From: a virus
Taxonomy: Duplodnaviria; Caudoviricetes
Strand: one strand, 5' to 3'
IMG/VR virus record: IMGVR_UViG_2909979649_000004
Length of the DNA stretch: 64,000 bases
Shown here: piece by piece, positions 1 to 9,739 of the stretch
Layout: the number at the start of each line of letters is the position of its first letter
Numbering within the stretch: position 1 is the stretch's first letter
Translations under genes and position numbers: made by a program
The notes under the pieces: model-generated
Database searches by the model: none
What the model was told of the DNA's origin: nothing
Seen by the model: the letters and a program-made list of their open reading frames with translations, nothing else

Positions 1-651
1 ATGAATAAGCTATTTCAACTTAAAAGTGATGATACTTTCATGCTAAATCAATACTCTAACTGGTATTCAAGAGTATTGTTAACAGATAGTCCTACAAGTA
101 AACTGTATGTTAATATTAGTGACTTACTTTCTTATACATCTGAGTTTATAAATGGTGCTTTTCTTAGGGTGCCGAAGGCTACTTCTGAGAGATTGAAAAT
201 TATTAGCTTGAATAGAATAATTGAAAACTTGAATAACATAGCAAACTATAGTGGTTTATATTCCTGTTTCATAGAAGGTTTTTTTCAGGAAGAGAAAGAT
301 GATGCTTTTGAACATTTAAGTGGAGAGTTATTTGTTTGGAGTAGTGATAATGGAGAAATCAATGCAAGGATGCTTATTGGTGGGTATGAGTATACTCCAG
401 TATTAACTTATAAAAATCTTGACTCTTACATAAATGATATAAAATTTTTAAGAAAGTCAATAGTTCACAATATAGTCAGCTGTGTAAGAAATGAAATAAA
501 ACTAGAAAAAAGAACTAAAGGTGAATACATGGAGTACTACAAAAAAGGGATTTCAATGCACAGAAACCTGCTATTGGAAAGTCAAGATTTTGATATACAA
601 GATAGATATGCTGTTACAATAGATCAGTCATTTTGGTCATGGACTAAATAG
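1..651 (+). CDS. Hypothetical protein, AT-rich accessory gene (may extend upstream of window)
   Basis: 216-aa ORF starting at base 1; no family recognised. Confidence 0.6.
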   Translation: MNKLFQLKSDDTFMLNQYSNWYSRVLLTDSPTSKLYVNISDLLSYTSEFINGAFLRVPKATSERLKIISLNRIIENLNNIANYSGLYSCFIEGFFQEEKDDAFEHLSGELFVWSSDNGEINARMLIGGYEYTPVLTYKNLDSYINDIKFLRKSIVHNIVSCVRNEIKLEKRTKGEYMEYYKKGISMHRNLLLESQDFDIQDRYAVTIDQSFWSWTK

Positions 652-902
652 GTCAAAATAAGTGTATTCTAAATTAGGTAATCCCCTGTTAATCAGCGGG
701 CTTGCCTGCTCTCCCCTCCTATCGATTTATTTCCTCATTTATCTACTTCATAAAATTGCTAAACGGCACTTGCCTTCTATCCAGGCAAGGATAGGCTTAG
801 ACATGGAGTCTCCTTCTACAAGGGAAAAACTACTTACAAAGACACTGCAAGTAAAGGTAGACTAATGAAGTAGAAAATTAATCAGAAAAGAGTTTATTGT
901 AA

Positions 903-975
903 TGTTAACGATCGGTTAGTGGGTGGCAATTGCGCAGTGTAGTAATTGACATCCTAATTCAACTGCTGGTTATAC
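903..975 (-). other. attC site (73 bp) of integron cassette carrying 970-1353
   Basis: Minus strand GTATAAC (975-969, overlapping stop) ... GTTAACA (909-903) with internal dyad caattac/gcaattg; GTATAAC is complementary to the cassette-start GTTATAC at 1366. Confidence 0.75.
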
Positions 976-1353
976 GATGGCCTCAATGTCGGTATCGAAA
1001 TATTGATAGCCTGAGACTTTACCATTTACCACAATTGTATAGATTGGCATACACTTTTTAATATGCCAGTGTATTTTTTTTATTACTCCGTTCACCTTCT
1101 TGCGAGGAAGAAAAACAACCTCACCTACCTTAAAACCAGGAGCTGGAACTTCTTCAATATATGCTTCTTTGACTCTAAGTATATTCTCGCCATCCTTGAG
1201 TATTTTGTACCCTTCACTTTCACCTAAGTATTCGAAACAACAGCGCTGCCAGCCACTGGTATATTGTTTTGATACCAGCTCTCTATCTGAAGGATGAATA
1301 TTTGCAATATCATCTTCATTTAATATTAATAGTGAGCTATAGCAGTATTTCAT
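970..1353 (-). CDS. Integron cassette hypothetical protein
   Basis: 127-aa ORF lying exactly between two attC sites. Confidence 0.75.
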   Translation of the reverse strand: MKYCYSSLLILNEDDIANIHPSDRELVSKQYTSGWQRCCFEYLGESEGYKILKDGENILRVKEAYIEEVPAPGFKVGEVVFLPRKKVNGVIKKIHWHIKKCMPIYTIVVNGKVSGYQYFDTDIEAIV

Positions 1354-1359
1354 TTTTGC

Positions 1360-1418
1360 GTATAACGCCTAGCTCACTGAGCGCGCGTTAGCGCGTCCGG
1401 TGCAGCTACTTGTTAGCT
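1360..1418 (-). other. attC site (59-base element)
   Basis: Minus strand AGCTAAC-aagtagctgcaccggacgcgctaacgcgcgctcagtgagctaggc-GTTATAC; 59 bp, imperfect dyad, directly after stop codon. Confidence 0.9.
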
Positions 1419-1807
1419 TAGTTTTTATAATCAGGACCGACAAAGCTCCATTCCGTAACCGGTACTTGAACAATCATTACAGAGTCTTGCTTAAATTTCC
1501 GTGCGTATAGGGACGCTAATTCCTTAGCTTTTGTGGTGCCCTCAGAGTTAACTATGACAGTCACTACTTTAGAACGTTCGGGCTTGCCTTTATAGTAACC
1601 AACGGAATCCACAACATTAAAACCTTCAAAAACCTTTACTATTTCGTCTTGTTGAAAAGACTGCCACTCCTTTAAAGACACACCGCCTCCGCTAGGAAGA
1701 GATAAGCCAAAAAACATTCTCAACCTATACAACTCATCTGCGTTGGAAGTTGAAGTGCTGACCAAAATTATTATTGACACTAAGAAGTAATATAGTCTTT
1801 TTTTCAT
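1418..1807 (-). CDS. DUF3574-like exported protein (integron cassette)
   Basis: Signal peptide; FFGLS..GGVS..WQ.F..GF.VVD..G.Y.G..ERSKV pattern; bounded by GTTAGCT (1834) and attC. Confidence 0.7.
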   Translation of the reverse strand: MKKRLYYFLVSIIILVSTSTSNADELYRLRMFFGLSLPSGGGVSLKEWQSFQQDEIVKVFEGFNVVDSVGYYKGKPERSKVVTVIVNSEGTTKAKELASLYARKFKQDSVMIVQVPVTEWSFVGPDYKN

Positions 1808-1830
1808 GGTTCTTTCCCTAGTTTAGAAGC

Positions 1831-1860
1831 TAACTATATATGAATGTCACTATGATGTAA
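1831..1860 (-). other. attI-like cassette insertion site (short copy C)
   Basis: ttacatcatagtgacattcatatatagtta matches the last 30 nt of the 45990-46098 repeat at 24/30 and ends at the GTT of the first cassette. Confidence 0.65.
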
Positions 1861-1873
1861 CCCCCGTCATACT

Positions 1874-2809
1874 TCACTTAGTTAAACTAACACTCGTCGT
1901 ATACCCCGAAGCACTTACCAAGTGCTTTGTCTGCTTCACTACCCATCGACCATCTACGCCAGCTCTTACACCTTGAATAATCACAGGTCTTTCAGCTATT
2001 AATTCAGGGTTACCCACCACGGTTATACTTAAACTGGCTTCTGTATCATTTAAACCACTTAGCTTGGCTTTAGCACTAACTTGGGCTGCTTCCTTGGTTG
2101 GGTATATCATTTTAATAGTATAAACCGGCTCACCATTACCTACTTTGACATGGCTGGTTTTACCTTCTTCTGTCGAATGGTGCTTAGCTGTCACACTTTT
2201 GTAATATTGACGATCAGGTGCCTTAAGGTTCCACTTACTAACTTTGGTAATAGTGATAGGCGATAGTTGCCTACCGGTTGCTGTTTTGGTTTTCCCTCGC
2301 TCAACAAACACCAAATGTTCCATCATTGGCTTAACAATCGCCCCATGATCCAATGCAATACGACTTAAAAAATTAATATCTGATTCTTCTGTCTGGTCTA
2401 TATGATCAATGACAATAGGCGTAAATATTTCTGCAATTTTAGGTTTCAAGCCATTGTCATTGGCAACTGTGGTTACAATATCTACCAACTTTTTTTGATG
2501 CCATGAACGGGATTTAGGGCTACGGAGCTGATCTCGAAGGTTAGCGCCTTTTGCCTGTATGGTCATTTGATTTGGTGGACCAGAGAGTGATACCTCATCA
2601 ATAATAAAATCACCCATATGAATATTCTGGATAGCGACTGATAGCTTGGTGCCTTTGGCGGGTATGGGTAAATTACCTTCAGGGTCAGAAAGCTTAAGGG
2701 TTACACTATCTGACTTGATCCCTGCTTCATCGGTGAGTTCGAGGCTGATAAGGTGGTTTTGGATGATGACTGGGTAAGATGAGATAGTGATTTGGTAGTT
2801 AATTAACAT
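1874..2809 (-). CDS. Phage late control / baseplate hub protein (P2 gpD-like)
   Basis: LISLELTDEAG..SD, IDQTEESDINFLSR motifs; follows gpX and gpU. Confidence 0.9.
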   Translation of the reverse strand: MLINYQITISSYPVIIQNHLISLELTDEAGIKSDSVTLKLSDPEGNLPIPAKGTKLSVAIQNIHMGDFIIDEVSLSGPPNQMTIQAKGANLRDQLRSPKSRSWHQKKLVDIVTTVANDNGLKPKIAEIFTPIVIDHIDQTEESDINFLSRIALDHGAIVKPMMEHLVFVERGKTKTATGRQLSPITITKVSKWNLKAPDRQYYKSVTAKHHSTEEGKTSHVKVGNGEPVYTIKMIYPTKEAAQVSAKAKLSGLNDTEASLSITVVGNPELIAERPVIIQGVRAGVDGRWVVKQTKHLVSASGYTTSVSLTK

Positions 2810-2891
2810 AGTAGTGGAAAGTACTAAATTTTTTACTTAGAGGGTTTGAGGTAAAATACTCAGCTCATTTAGAAATTATTAGGCTGTACTA

Positions 2892-3671
2892 ATGAAAAGT
2901 TGCTTTATTATTCTTATTTCTTTGCTCTCAACATACACTATTGCTCAACCTAAAGACGAAACAAAAGTAACTATTGACGCTAATAATATTACTTATCAAG
3001 GATATTTATCAGCAAAAGCCAATGAAAAAGTTTACAATCTTTACAATCAATCTAAAACCAAACCTACTTGGTTTTCTATTAAGAGTAAAGGTGGAGAAAT
3101 TGGTTTAGGAATGGACTTGGCTGAGTGGATTTATAAAAATAAATTAAATGTTAAAATAGTAGACTATTGCTTTTCATCTTGTGCAAACTACATCCTTCCT
3201 GCCGGAAGACAGTTGGTGTTAGAAAAAGCAGCTATCTTTGGTTTTCATGGTAGTGTGAATAGTAAAGATAATGATTTTGATAAAGATTTTTCTGGTTTAG
3301 ATGAATATATAAATACTTTACCAGAAAAAGATCGTATTCTAACTAAAGAGAAAGTATTAAAACAATTTCAGGCAGACCTTATAAGAGATCGTAAGCGAGA
3401 AATAAATCTATATAAAAAGCTTGGAGTTTCTCCCCAGCTACCTCTGTTAGGACAACAAGAAAAGTACCAGCTATCACTTAAGAATTATCTAGGTAAAGAT
3501 AACCTTGAAGAAAAGGACCAATATGAAGGTTGGTACTACTCCTTATCTGACCTAAAAAGTTTGGGAGTAACAAATATAACTGTTATAGACCCACCTTGGG
3601 CACCAGCTGAAAATATCAAAAAGTTTAAATTGCTTAGACTCTATATAAAGGAAGGTGAGTTAAGACCATAA
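2892..3671 (+). CDS. Exported moron protein, ClpP/crotonase-like fold
   Basis: Signal peptide; I.S.GG and CFSSCANYI..AG..FGFHG motifs; antisense in tail operon, low GC. Confidence 0.6.
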   Translation: MKSCFIILISLLSTYTIAQPKDETKVTIDANNITYQGYLSAKANEKVYNLYNQSKTKPTWFSIKSKGGEIGLGMDLAEWIYKNKLNVKIVDYCFSSCANYILPAGRQLVLEKAAIFGFHGSVNSKDNDFDKDFSGLDEYINTLPEKDRILTKEKVLKQFQADLIRDRKREINLYKKLGVSPQLPLLGQQEKYQLSLKNYLGKDNLEEKDQYEGWYYSLSDLKSLGVTNITVIDPPWAPAENIKKFKLLRLYIKEGELRP

Positions 3672-3863
3672 ATTTTCTGCAGCCTGGGCTATAGGGGCCA
3701 GCTCAGGCAATCTAATTTTTATGCCTGCCACTAAAACAGGCCCTTGCTCCACTAACCCCGGATTAGCCTCTAATACCTGCAGTACAACGCTTTCATCACC
3801 ATAATACTGCTTACAAATCCAATCCAGTGTATCACCGTCCTTTGTTCGGTAGATTGTCGCCAT
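3660..3863 (-). CDS. Tail protein X (LysM-like, P2 gpX)
   Basis: YRTKDGDTLDWIC..YYG..VLEANPGL. Confidence 0.9.
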   Translation of the reverse strand: MATIYRTKDGDTLDWICKQYYGDESVVLQVLEANPGLVEQGPVLVAGIKIRLPELAPIAQAAENLWS

Positions 3864-4239
3864 AGTAGGTTATGCTCACGCTGAATTCTATTTTACGGCA
3901 CTTGCCTTCTTTATCTGGGTAAGAGCCGTTTTCGTTTACTTGGGTAATACACCAATAGCCGAGTATTTCGCCAGTACCCGCTACTAGGATAAAGGGCGCA
4001 CCTGTTCCGGCTAGCTCTACCATATGCAGTAGGCTATCACGGCTGCCATATTGGCCAGGGTACATAACGCCACTTAAAGTCATGGTTCGCACGGTTTCCC
4101 CAGTATACTGCTGCTGGGGATAGCCCCCAATAATAGGCTGACTAGCCCATTTAAATTGCCATTGTTGGCGCAGCTGTTGATAGCTGGCTGTTTTAATCGA
4201 AAAGATAAAATCACCCAGCTTAAGCAGTGTATAGCTCAT
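3832..4239 (-). CDS. Tail protein (P2 gpU-like)
   Basis: LGDFIFSI.TA.YQ..Q.TG..TLSG..G.WCI..KIEF; follows tape measure. Confidence 0.9.
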   Translation of the reverse strand: MSYTLLKLGDFIFSIKTASYQQLRQQWQFKWASQPIIGGYPQQQYTGETVRTMTLSGVMYPGQYGSRDSLLHMVELAGTGAPFILVAGTGEILGYWCITQVNENGSYPDKEGKCRKIEFSVSITYYGDNLPNKGR

Positions 4240-6236
4240 AGGGTCGCCATATCCATGTCGTATAAAGCACTGCGTTGTCGGGCTTCGGCTTCCTGCTCAC
4301 GCTCTTCTAGCTTGGCATTAACCTGCTGGGCAATTTCTTCTGCAGACATACCAGTTGCGCCCTGAATCGTGATTGGTGCATTAATGTGGGTGGTAGCATT
4401 TATGTTTTTCTGTTGGTTAATTTGCTGCAGCCGCCTTTCGATTTGCTTGGCATTGACGCCTTGTGTTTCTTGTATCTGGGCTCGGCGTTGTTGCATCCGC
4501 TGATTGACTTTGCCTGCAACGGTTTGCTTTTCTTCCTCATCATCACCCGTAAACCAGCGCTTAATGCCTTTAAGCTTTTCAATGGCGTTATTAATCCATT
4601 TAAATTTACTGCGTAGCCAATCAATGGCGGGCTGCCAGATTTTCATCATTAACCCTAATGGTGAGTAGCTTAAAAAGCTTTTGGCAATACCCGCCACACC
4701 ACCATCAAACGCCTGACCAATACCATCCCATAGTTTGCTAAAAAAGCCACTGATGCTATCCCAGCTGGAAACGATGTAACCAAGTGGCGTAAAGTTGAGA
4801 AAGTATTTTTTAATTATTTCAAATGCATAGCTGCATGCACTAGCAATGGCATCAAAGGTATCCCCTAAAAAGGTAGAAACGGTGCTCCAGTTGGTATAAA
4901 TCAACGTCGCGCCAACAGCAATGAGTTTAATGATTAGACCAATCGGATTGGCCATCATGGCTAAGCCCACGGCTTTTATTGCTGGAATAATCGTCATTAG
5001 CGCAGCACCTGCAGCTAATACCGCACCGACTAATTTCACCCCAACCAAAGCGGCGACGACAGCGGCGATATTTTTCCAGCCAATAGTGGCCTCGATAAAT
5101 TTATTTATTTTGCCAGCGACAGTCATAACCGTCGAACCCAGGTTCCACATAAAGCGACCCACATTCACTAAGGAATCCGCCATGTGGATTAATAATTGAT
5201 TAAATCGAGCGCCGTATTTTTCATGAAAGGCTTTAAACTTAATCATCATACGGGTAACCAAGGGCATAAACTTGGCCCCAATGGATTTACTGACACTGCC
5301 AATGATTTGTTTAAAGTCTAAAAACGCATCCTGAAAATCCTCGGCATTTTTAGCATCTTCTTTAGAAATTATATTACCAGTCGCTCTGGCATCTTTTCTT
5401 AATGCTTCTAAGCCTGCTTTTCCGCCATTCAACATATTAACCAACCCAACACCCTCGGTGTCGAATAACTTCATGGCCAGCCGGACACGATCCGCTTTAT
5501 TGGGGATATGCTTCATCGCTTCGGAGATTTGCTCAAACTGCTCTTCCGGTTTCAGCGAGTTTAACCATTTGGCATCCAGCCCTAATTCTTTGAGTGCTTT
5601 ACCGGTTTTACCAATCCCAGCAGCGGCTTCCGACACCCGTCGTACCATCCGTTGGGAAGCGGTATTAAACTGTGCTGTTGATACCCCAGAACGCTCAGCG
5701 GCATATTGATACTCTTGAAGTCCTTCAACAGTAAATCCCAATTTGGCGGCATGTTTGGCAATTGGGTCACCTCGATCCGCCGTGGATTTTACCATGGCTA
5801 ACAGTCCACCCGCTGCCCCGGCTAAGCCTCCAGCAGCCCATTTACCGGCAGTTTTTAACTGGCCAAGCCGTCGCATCCCTGATTGCTGAAGTCCTTGAAA
5901 ACGAGCAGTACGCTGCAACTGTCGCTGGGTGCGGGCCAGGTTATTTAAATTCACCCCATAGCGTTGTGCAGAGCGAGAAGCACGCGATAAGGATTGCTCA
6001 GTACGCCGAATCGCATTGGCTAACTGTTGATTACTTCCCCCGGCTTGTTGCTGTTGCCGACGTAATTGAGCCAAGCGTTGGCGATACCGATCTACCTGTC
6101 GTACAGCGGCCAGCTTTTTATTGGTTTCCCGGTAGGCTTTACCTAGTTTACTGGCAGCGGATTCGGTTTTTTTAAAGCTTTTTACCAGCGACTTATCGAT
6201 ATAAGCGCCAATGGCAATATTGAGTTTATTGGCCAT
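4236..6236 (-). CDS. Tail tape measure protein
   Basis: 666 aa, Ala/Gly-rich helical, NPIGLII motif and aromatic-spaced repeats; position after TAC. Confidence 0.9.
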   Translation of the reverse strand: MANKLNIAIGAYIDKSLVKSFKKTESAASKLGKAYRETNKKLAAVRQVDRYRQRLAQLRRQQQQAGGSNQQLANAIRRTEQSLSRASRSAQRYGVNLNNLARTQRQLQRTARFQGLQQSGMRRLGQLKTAGKWAAGGLAGAAGGLLAMVKSTADRGDPIAKHAAKLGFTVEGLQEYQYAAERSGVSTAQFNTASQRMVRRVSEAAAGIGKTGKALKELGLDAKWLNSLKPEEQFEQISEAMKHIPNKADRVRLAMKLFDTEGVGLVNMLNGGKAGLEALRKDARATGNIISKEDAKNAEDFQDAFLDFKQIIGSVSKSIGAKFMPLVTRMMIKFKAFHEKYGARFNQLLIHMADSLVNVGRFMWNLGSTVMTVAGKINKFIEATIGWKNIAAVVAALVGVKLVGAVLAAGAALMTIIPAIKAVGLAMMANPIGLIIKLIAVGATLIYTNWSTVSTFLGDTFDAIASACSYAFEIIKKYFLNFTPLGYIVSSWDSISGFFSKLWDGIGQAFDGGVAGIAKSFLSYSPLGLMMKIWQPAIDWLRSKFKWINNAIEKLKGIKRWFTGDDEEEKQTVAGKVNQRMQQRRAQIQETQGVNAKQIERRLQQINQQKNINATTHINAPITIQGATGMSAEEIAQQVNAKLEEREQEAEARQRSALYDMDMATL

Positions 6237-6238
6237 GA

Positions 6239-6612
6239 TTATGGTTGCTTAGGAAGGGATTTGTACCAATCAAGCAGGTCATCGAGGTCCATGTCTAACA
6301 GCTCGGACAATGGGGTACCTCGCAGATAATACGACAGGTTTAAACAGATTTGCTGGACCGATCGCCAGTCGAGTCTAAAAAAACCGCCACCACATCATTC
6401 AAGTGTTGAAAATCAGCGGCATCTAACTCTTCTATGGTTTTAATATCCAAGCCGGATAAATCTGCAATCATATGAATGCTTTGGCTAATTTCACCGCCAC
6501 CGCGTTTTTCAATGTTTTTCATATCTTTGGTTTTGGGGCGGCGTAAGGTGACTTCATTAATGACTTCGCCGTTGCGCTCGACGGGGTAATTCAATTTAAT
6601 AATTTCGCTCAT
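6239..6612 (-). CDS. Tail assembly chaperone E+E' (-1 frameshift extension)
   Basis: GTTTTTTTA slippery site at 6384-6376; -1 frame reads RLDWRSVQQICLNLSYYLRGTPLSELLDMDLDDLLDWYKSLPKQP to TAA at 6239. Confidence 0.8.
6340..6612 (-). CDS. Tail assembly chaperone (P2 gpE / Mu gp41-like)
   Basis: LNYPV..VTLRRPKTKD..IEELDAADF. Confidence 0.9.
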   Translation of the reverse strand: MSEIIKLNYPVERNGEVINEVTLRRPKTKDMKNIEKRGGGEISQSIHMIADLSGLDIKTIEELDAADFQHLNDVVAVFLDSTGDRSSKSV

Positions 6613-6670
6613 GGTGTACCTATTGTGTTGTGTGTTTTTTGTTTGTTAATTGGTTGGAATGATTGTTTTT

Positions 6671-7174
6671 TTATAAGCCTAATAATTCTCGAATATTCTG
6701 CATGTGGTCAGTGCCTTCCACGTTACGCACATGGTTAACCACATCAATCTCATAAATCAGCTGGTTGTTAATGGTGAGTTTGTAGTAATCCAGTTTGAGG
6801 GTGGCGGTTAAGCTGGATAATTCGGCTTGTTTCCACTCCCCAAAATCCAGTTCACTGACTAAACCACGACAAACCGCATCAATCCCTTGTTCACCCTGAC
6901 CAGGATTGCGCAGGACACCTTTTATATTAAACGGCACCTGTTTGCCTTTTTGGAAACCAAAATGCTTAAGGACGTCGGTATTACAGTCGTCAATGGTAAA
7001 GCTCAGCTCCATCGCTTCCATCCCCAAATCCAAATGGGTGACCCCATCCATGCCACCGCCTCTAAACTCTTCAGTTTTAAGGGTAAGCTTGGGCAAGGTG
7101 ATAGATTGAACCCGTCCCGCTTGGCTGGCCCCATCAATAAATAACGTGGCATAAGCGACGTGATTAGCGTGCAT
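6671..7174 (-). CDS. Major tail tube protein (P2 FII-like)
   Basis: LPKLTLKTEEFRGGGMDG..DLGME..YYKL..EIDVVN. Confidence 0.93.
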   Translation of the reverse strand: MHANHVAYATLFIDGASQAGRVQSITLPKLTLKTEEFRGGGMDGVTHLDLGMEAMELSFTIDDCNTDVLKHFGFQKGKQVPFNIKGVLRNPGQGEQGIDAVCRGLVSELDFGEWKQAELSSLTATLKLDYYKLTINNQLIYEIDVVNHVRNVEGTDHMQNIRELLGL

Positions 7175-8360
7175 TAAACACCTCCTTAAAATAATCGTCG
7201 GTTAAGGTGGCATTAAAGGTGATGTGTTCCGCTGGCGCGGGTGGGGTAAAATCAAAATTAAAATACACCTTACCATCGGCTAAGGCGTCAGGGGTATTTA
7301 ATTCCGGGTCCGCCCAACAGGTGCCGCCTAAAATCGCACCGATATTTTTTAACCGACGTAGATAATTATTCACCCCTTCAGTGACATCAGCGATGTAGTT
7401 TTTCGTGATATTACGATCAACCGCCCATAGATGTGCCCGTTGCAGTGAGTCATAAATAATTTCTGCGGTACGCACTACACTGACAAACGCCCATTTCGGA
7501 TCACCACTACAAGTCCGGTTACCCCAGAGACGGTAGCCGTCTTCCTGAATAATGGTAGTGACATCATGGCTATTTAAATAATTGGCTCGGCAGTTTTTAT
7601 CCCCCAATTTAAAATCAATCGGTCGAGCCGTACCTAAAATGCCGTTAATTAATTTATTCGACGGGGAATGCCAAAAGCCATGATCGTTATCAATTTTAGC
7701 CATTAATCCCGCCACACGAGCCGAAGGGGGTTCAATGACAATGCCACCTTTACCTTCGTTTATGTCGCTATTCCAGACTTTAACCCAGGGATCAACTAGG
7801 TAAGCGTAACGTTTACCAAATACATCACGATATTTAACCGCCTCTTCACCGGTCGTGTTAGGGCCATCAATGATCGCGATACCACCTAATCGCTCTGCTA
7901 CGAGCACCAATTTTTGGGCGGCGGCCTTGATATGTGAAAATTCTGGGGCAATTAAAATCCGGGGCTCGACATGGACCGTACTTTTCGCATCCAGGAAGGC
8001 ATACATGCCGGTATTAGGTTCGCCTTGCTTACCAATAATGGCATTCAGTGCGGTATTTTCATTATCCGTGGTTTCTGGGGATACAGGCGGTTTATCGTTA
8101 ACCCGAATAACCACCACCATCGCCCCAATCTGATCAAAAATACCTTGCAAGGCGGCTGGTAACGTCCCTTGCTTACCGAGTGCTTTCGCTTTTTTTAAGC
8201 TGCCGGCTAATAAAATCGGGGTGTCATAAGGAAAAACGTCGTCTTTCGCGTCGGGTGCAGTACCGACTAAACCGATCACACTGCTTTTAACGGTACGTAT
8301 GGGGCGTGGGCCGCTGTCAATTTCAACGACCTCGACGCCATGGAGAAATTCGTCTGTCAT
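7164..8360 (-). CDS. Tail sheath protein (P2 FI-like)
   Basis: FLHGVEVVE, PRILIAP, GFWHSPSN, GYRLWGNRT, PPAPAEHI. Confidence 0.95.
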   Translation of the reverse strand: MTDEFLHGVEVVEIDSGPRPIRTVKSSVIGLVGTAPDAKDDVFPYDTPILLAGSLKKAKALGKQGTLPAALQGIFDQIGAMVVVIRVNDKPPVSPETTDNENTALNAIIGKQGEPNTGMYAFLDAKSTVHVEPRILIAPEFSHIKAAAQKLVLVAERLGGIAIIDGPNTTGEEAVKYRDVFGKRYAYLVDPWVKVWNSDINEGKGGIVIEPPSARVAGLMAKIDNDHGFWHSPSNKLINGILGTARPIDFKLGDKNCRANYLNSHDVTTIIQEDGYRLWGNRTCSGDPKWAFVSVVRTAEIIYDSLQRAHLWAVDRNITKNYIADVTEGVNNYLRRLKNIGAILGGTCWADPELNTPDALADGKVYFNFDFTPPAPAEHITFNATLTDDYFKEVFNAR

Positions 8361-8420
8361 GGGGATTCCTTTTTATGGTTAAAAAAATGAAGTCAAAAAT
8401 ACAAGGTAGGGTAGATTTAT

Positions 8421-9737
8421 TTAAAATACTTCGAAGGTAATAGTGGCACTTTCAATATCTTCATATTCCAGTGGTAGCCCTTTTTTAACTTGTTCAGTCG
8501 TTAAACGCTTTATTCCCATTGAAAATAGTTCTTCATCACCATCAATCGTATCGTCCGGGCTAACTTTTTTCACATATTCACTTTGATGGTTTTGCATATA
8601 CAGCAAGTCATCAATGATATCACCGGTTAATGTACTAATACTGACTTCACCGTTACTGTTATTGCTGGTCAACCAAAATTCATCATCACTATTTAGTTCA
8701 ACACTCTTTTGGTCACCATGATTGTTTCCTCTCATGGTAAATAATGCAGTATGCGCTTTATCAACTGACTGGATTAAAATATTTCCTTTCTGCTGTTGAT
8801 TTCTAATCGTGACTAATAAACGAAAAGAACGGTCACGATAGCCTAACGGCAACCATAACGTACCTTTGCCGGAAATTTGTGGACGATATATCCGTTTAGA
8901 TGCAATGATGGCTGGGTAAAATTGGCTGCTTTCAATTTTCCCTAACAACACATCGTCATAGCTTGAATCAAAAGATACATGTTGTTCATCCAAACCATGA
9001 GTATTATACGTGCTATCCTCTAAGTCTCTTAAATTGAAGCCTGTAGAAGGTGACCATCGTAAGTGATAGGTTTTGTCTTGCTCATAGGAGAATGTACGTT
9101 CACCTTCTGAATAACTTGCCGTATTGAAGTTTTTCCACCCGCGCCAGCGTATAATTTGATTGGGCTTTATCGTTAATAATTGGCTACTCAGATTGACTTT
9201 AAGCCGGTTATCGTCATTCAGTATTTCTGCAGCAATTGGCATTTGTGAAAAGCTATTGGCTAACAAGTTTTCAACATATGAGCGAGAAGCCAATACAATT
9301 GCAGGATCAATTTTAAGTTCTACATTCGCTGTATTACTTAGCTCAAAAATAACCTTTATATATAGGCTACTACCACTACCTTGAGCCAAAGTGGGTTTAT
9401 ACGTTTTCGGGTATTTACCGATGGCAATTAAATTATCATCTGTATCATACAGTCCAAATTCAGTAATATAAAAGTTACCATCTTCTTCAGGGATGACCGT
9501 TTCAATCACCAGCCAATGATCGTTATCCGGGTCTTGGAAAATACTATTAATAGGCCCCTGCCATTTTTCCCTAACCAGTGCAGTATCTGTTTCTTTGGGG
9601 TTGGTTTCTTTACCCCCATCTTCACCACCATCACCCACTTTTAAGGTGGTTAGTTTAACTGTTTTACCCAATGCCTGGGCGTTAATAATCCTGGCCTGCC
9701 CAAGCTTAGTGAGCAAGCTAAAGTATTTTTGATTCAA
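8421..9737 (-). CDS. Tail fibre protein (P2 gpH-like N-terminus)
   Basis: LT.LG..VGDG..IPE.DGNFYI.EFGLYD..YKP..GSG..IDPAIVLASR.YV N-terminal domain. Confidence 0.88.
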   Translation of the reverse strand: MNQKYFSLLTKLGQARIINAQALGKTVKLTTLKVGDGGEDGGKETNPKETDTALVREKWQGPINSIFQDPDNDHWLVIETVIPEEDGNFYITEFGLYDTDDNLIAIGKYPKTYKPTLAQGSGSSLYIKVIFELSNTANVELKIDPAIVLASRSYVENLLANSFSQMPIAAEILNDDNRLKVNLSSQLLTIKPNQIIRWRGWKNFNTASYSEGERTFSYEQDKTYHLRWSPSTGFNLRDLEDSTYNTHGLDEQHVSFDSSYDDVLLGKIESSQFYPAIIASKRIYRPQISGKGTLWLPLGYRDRSFRLLVTIRNQQQKGNILIQSVDKAHTALFTMRGNNHGDQKSVELNSDDEFWLTSNNSNGEVSISTLTGDIIDDLLYMQNHQSEYVKKVSPDDTIDGDEELFSMGIKRLTTEQVKKGLPLEYEDIESATITFEVF

Positions 9738-9739
9738 AT

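Noticed and set aside
662-865. 67-aa ORF as a gene or third cassette
   Set aside because: GTG start, no recognisable motif, no closing attC found
4156-6175. Short ORFs overlapping tape measure (and similar ones within other structural genes)
   Set aside because: Shadow ORFs antisense or out of frame to well-supported genes
8421-9737. Diversity-generating retroelement or invertible tail-fibre cassette
   Set aside because: No reverse transcriptase, invertase or duplicated fibre 3' segment seen in the window
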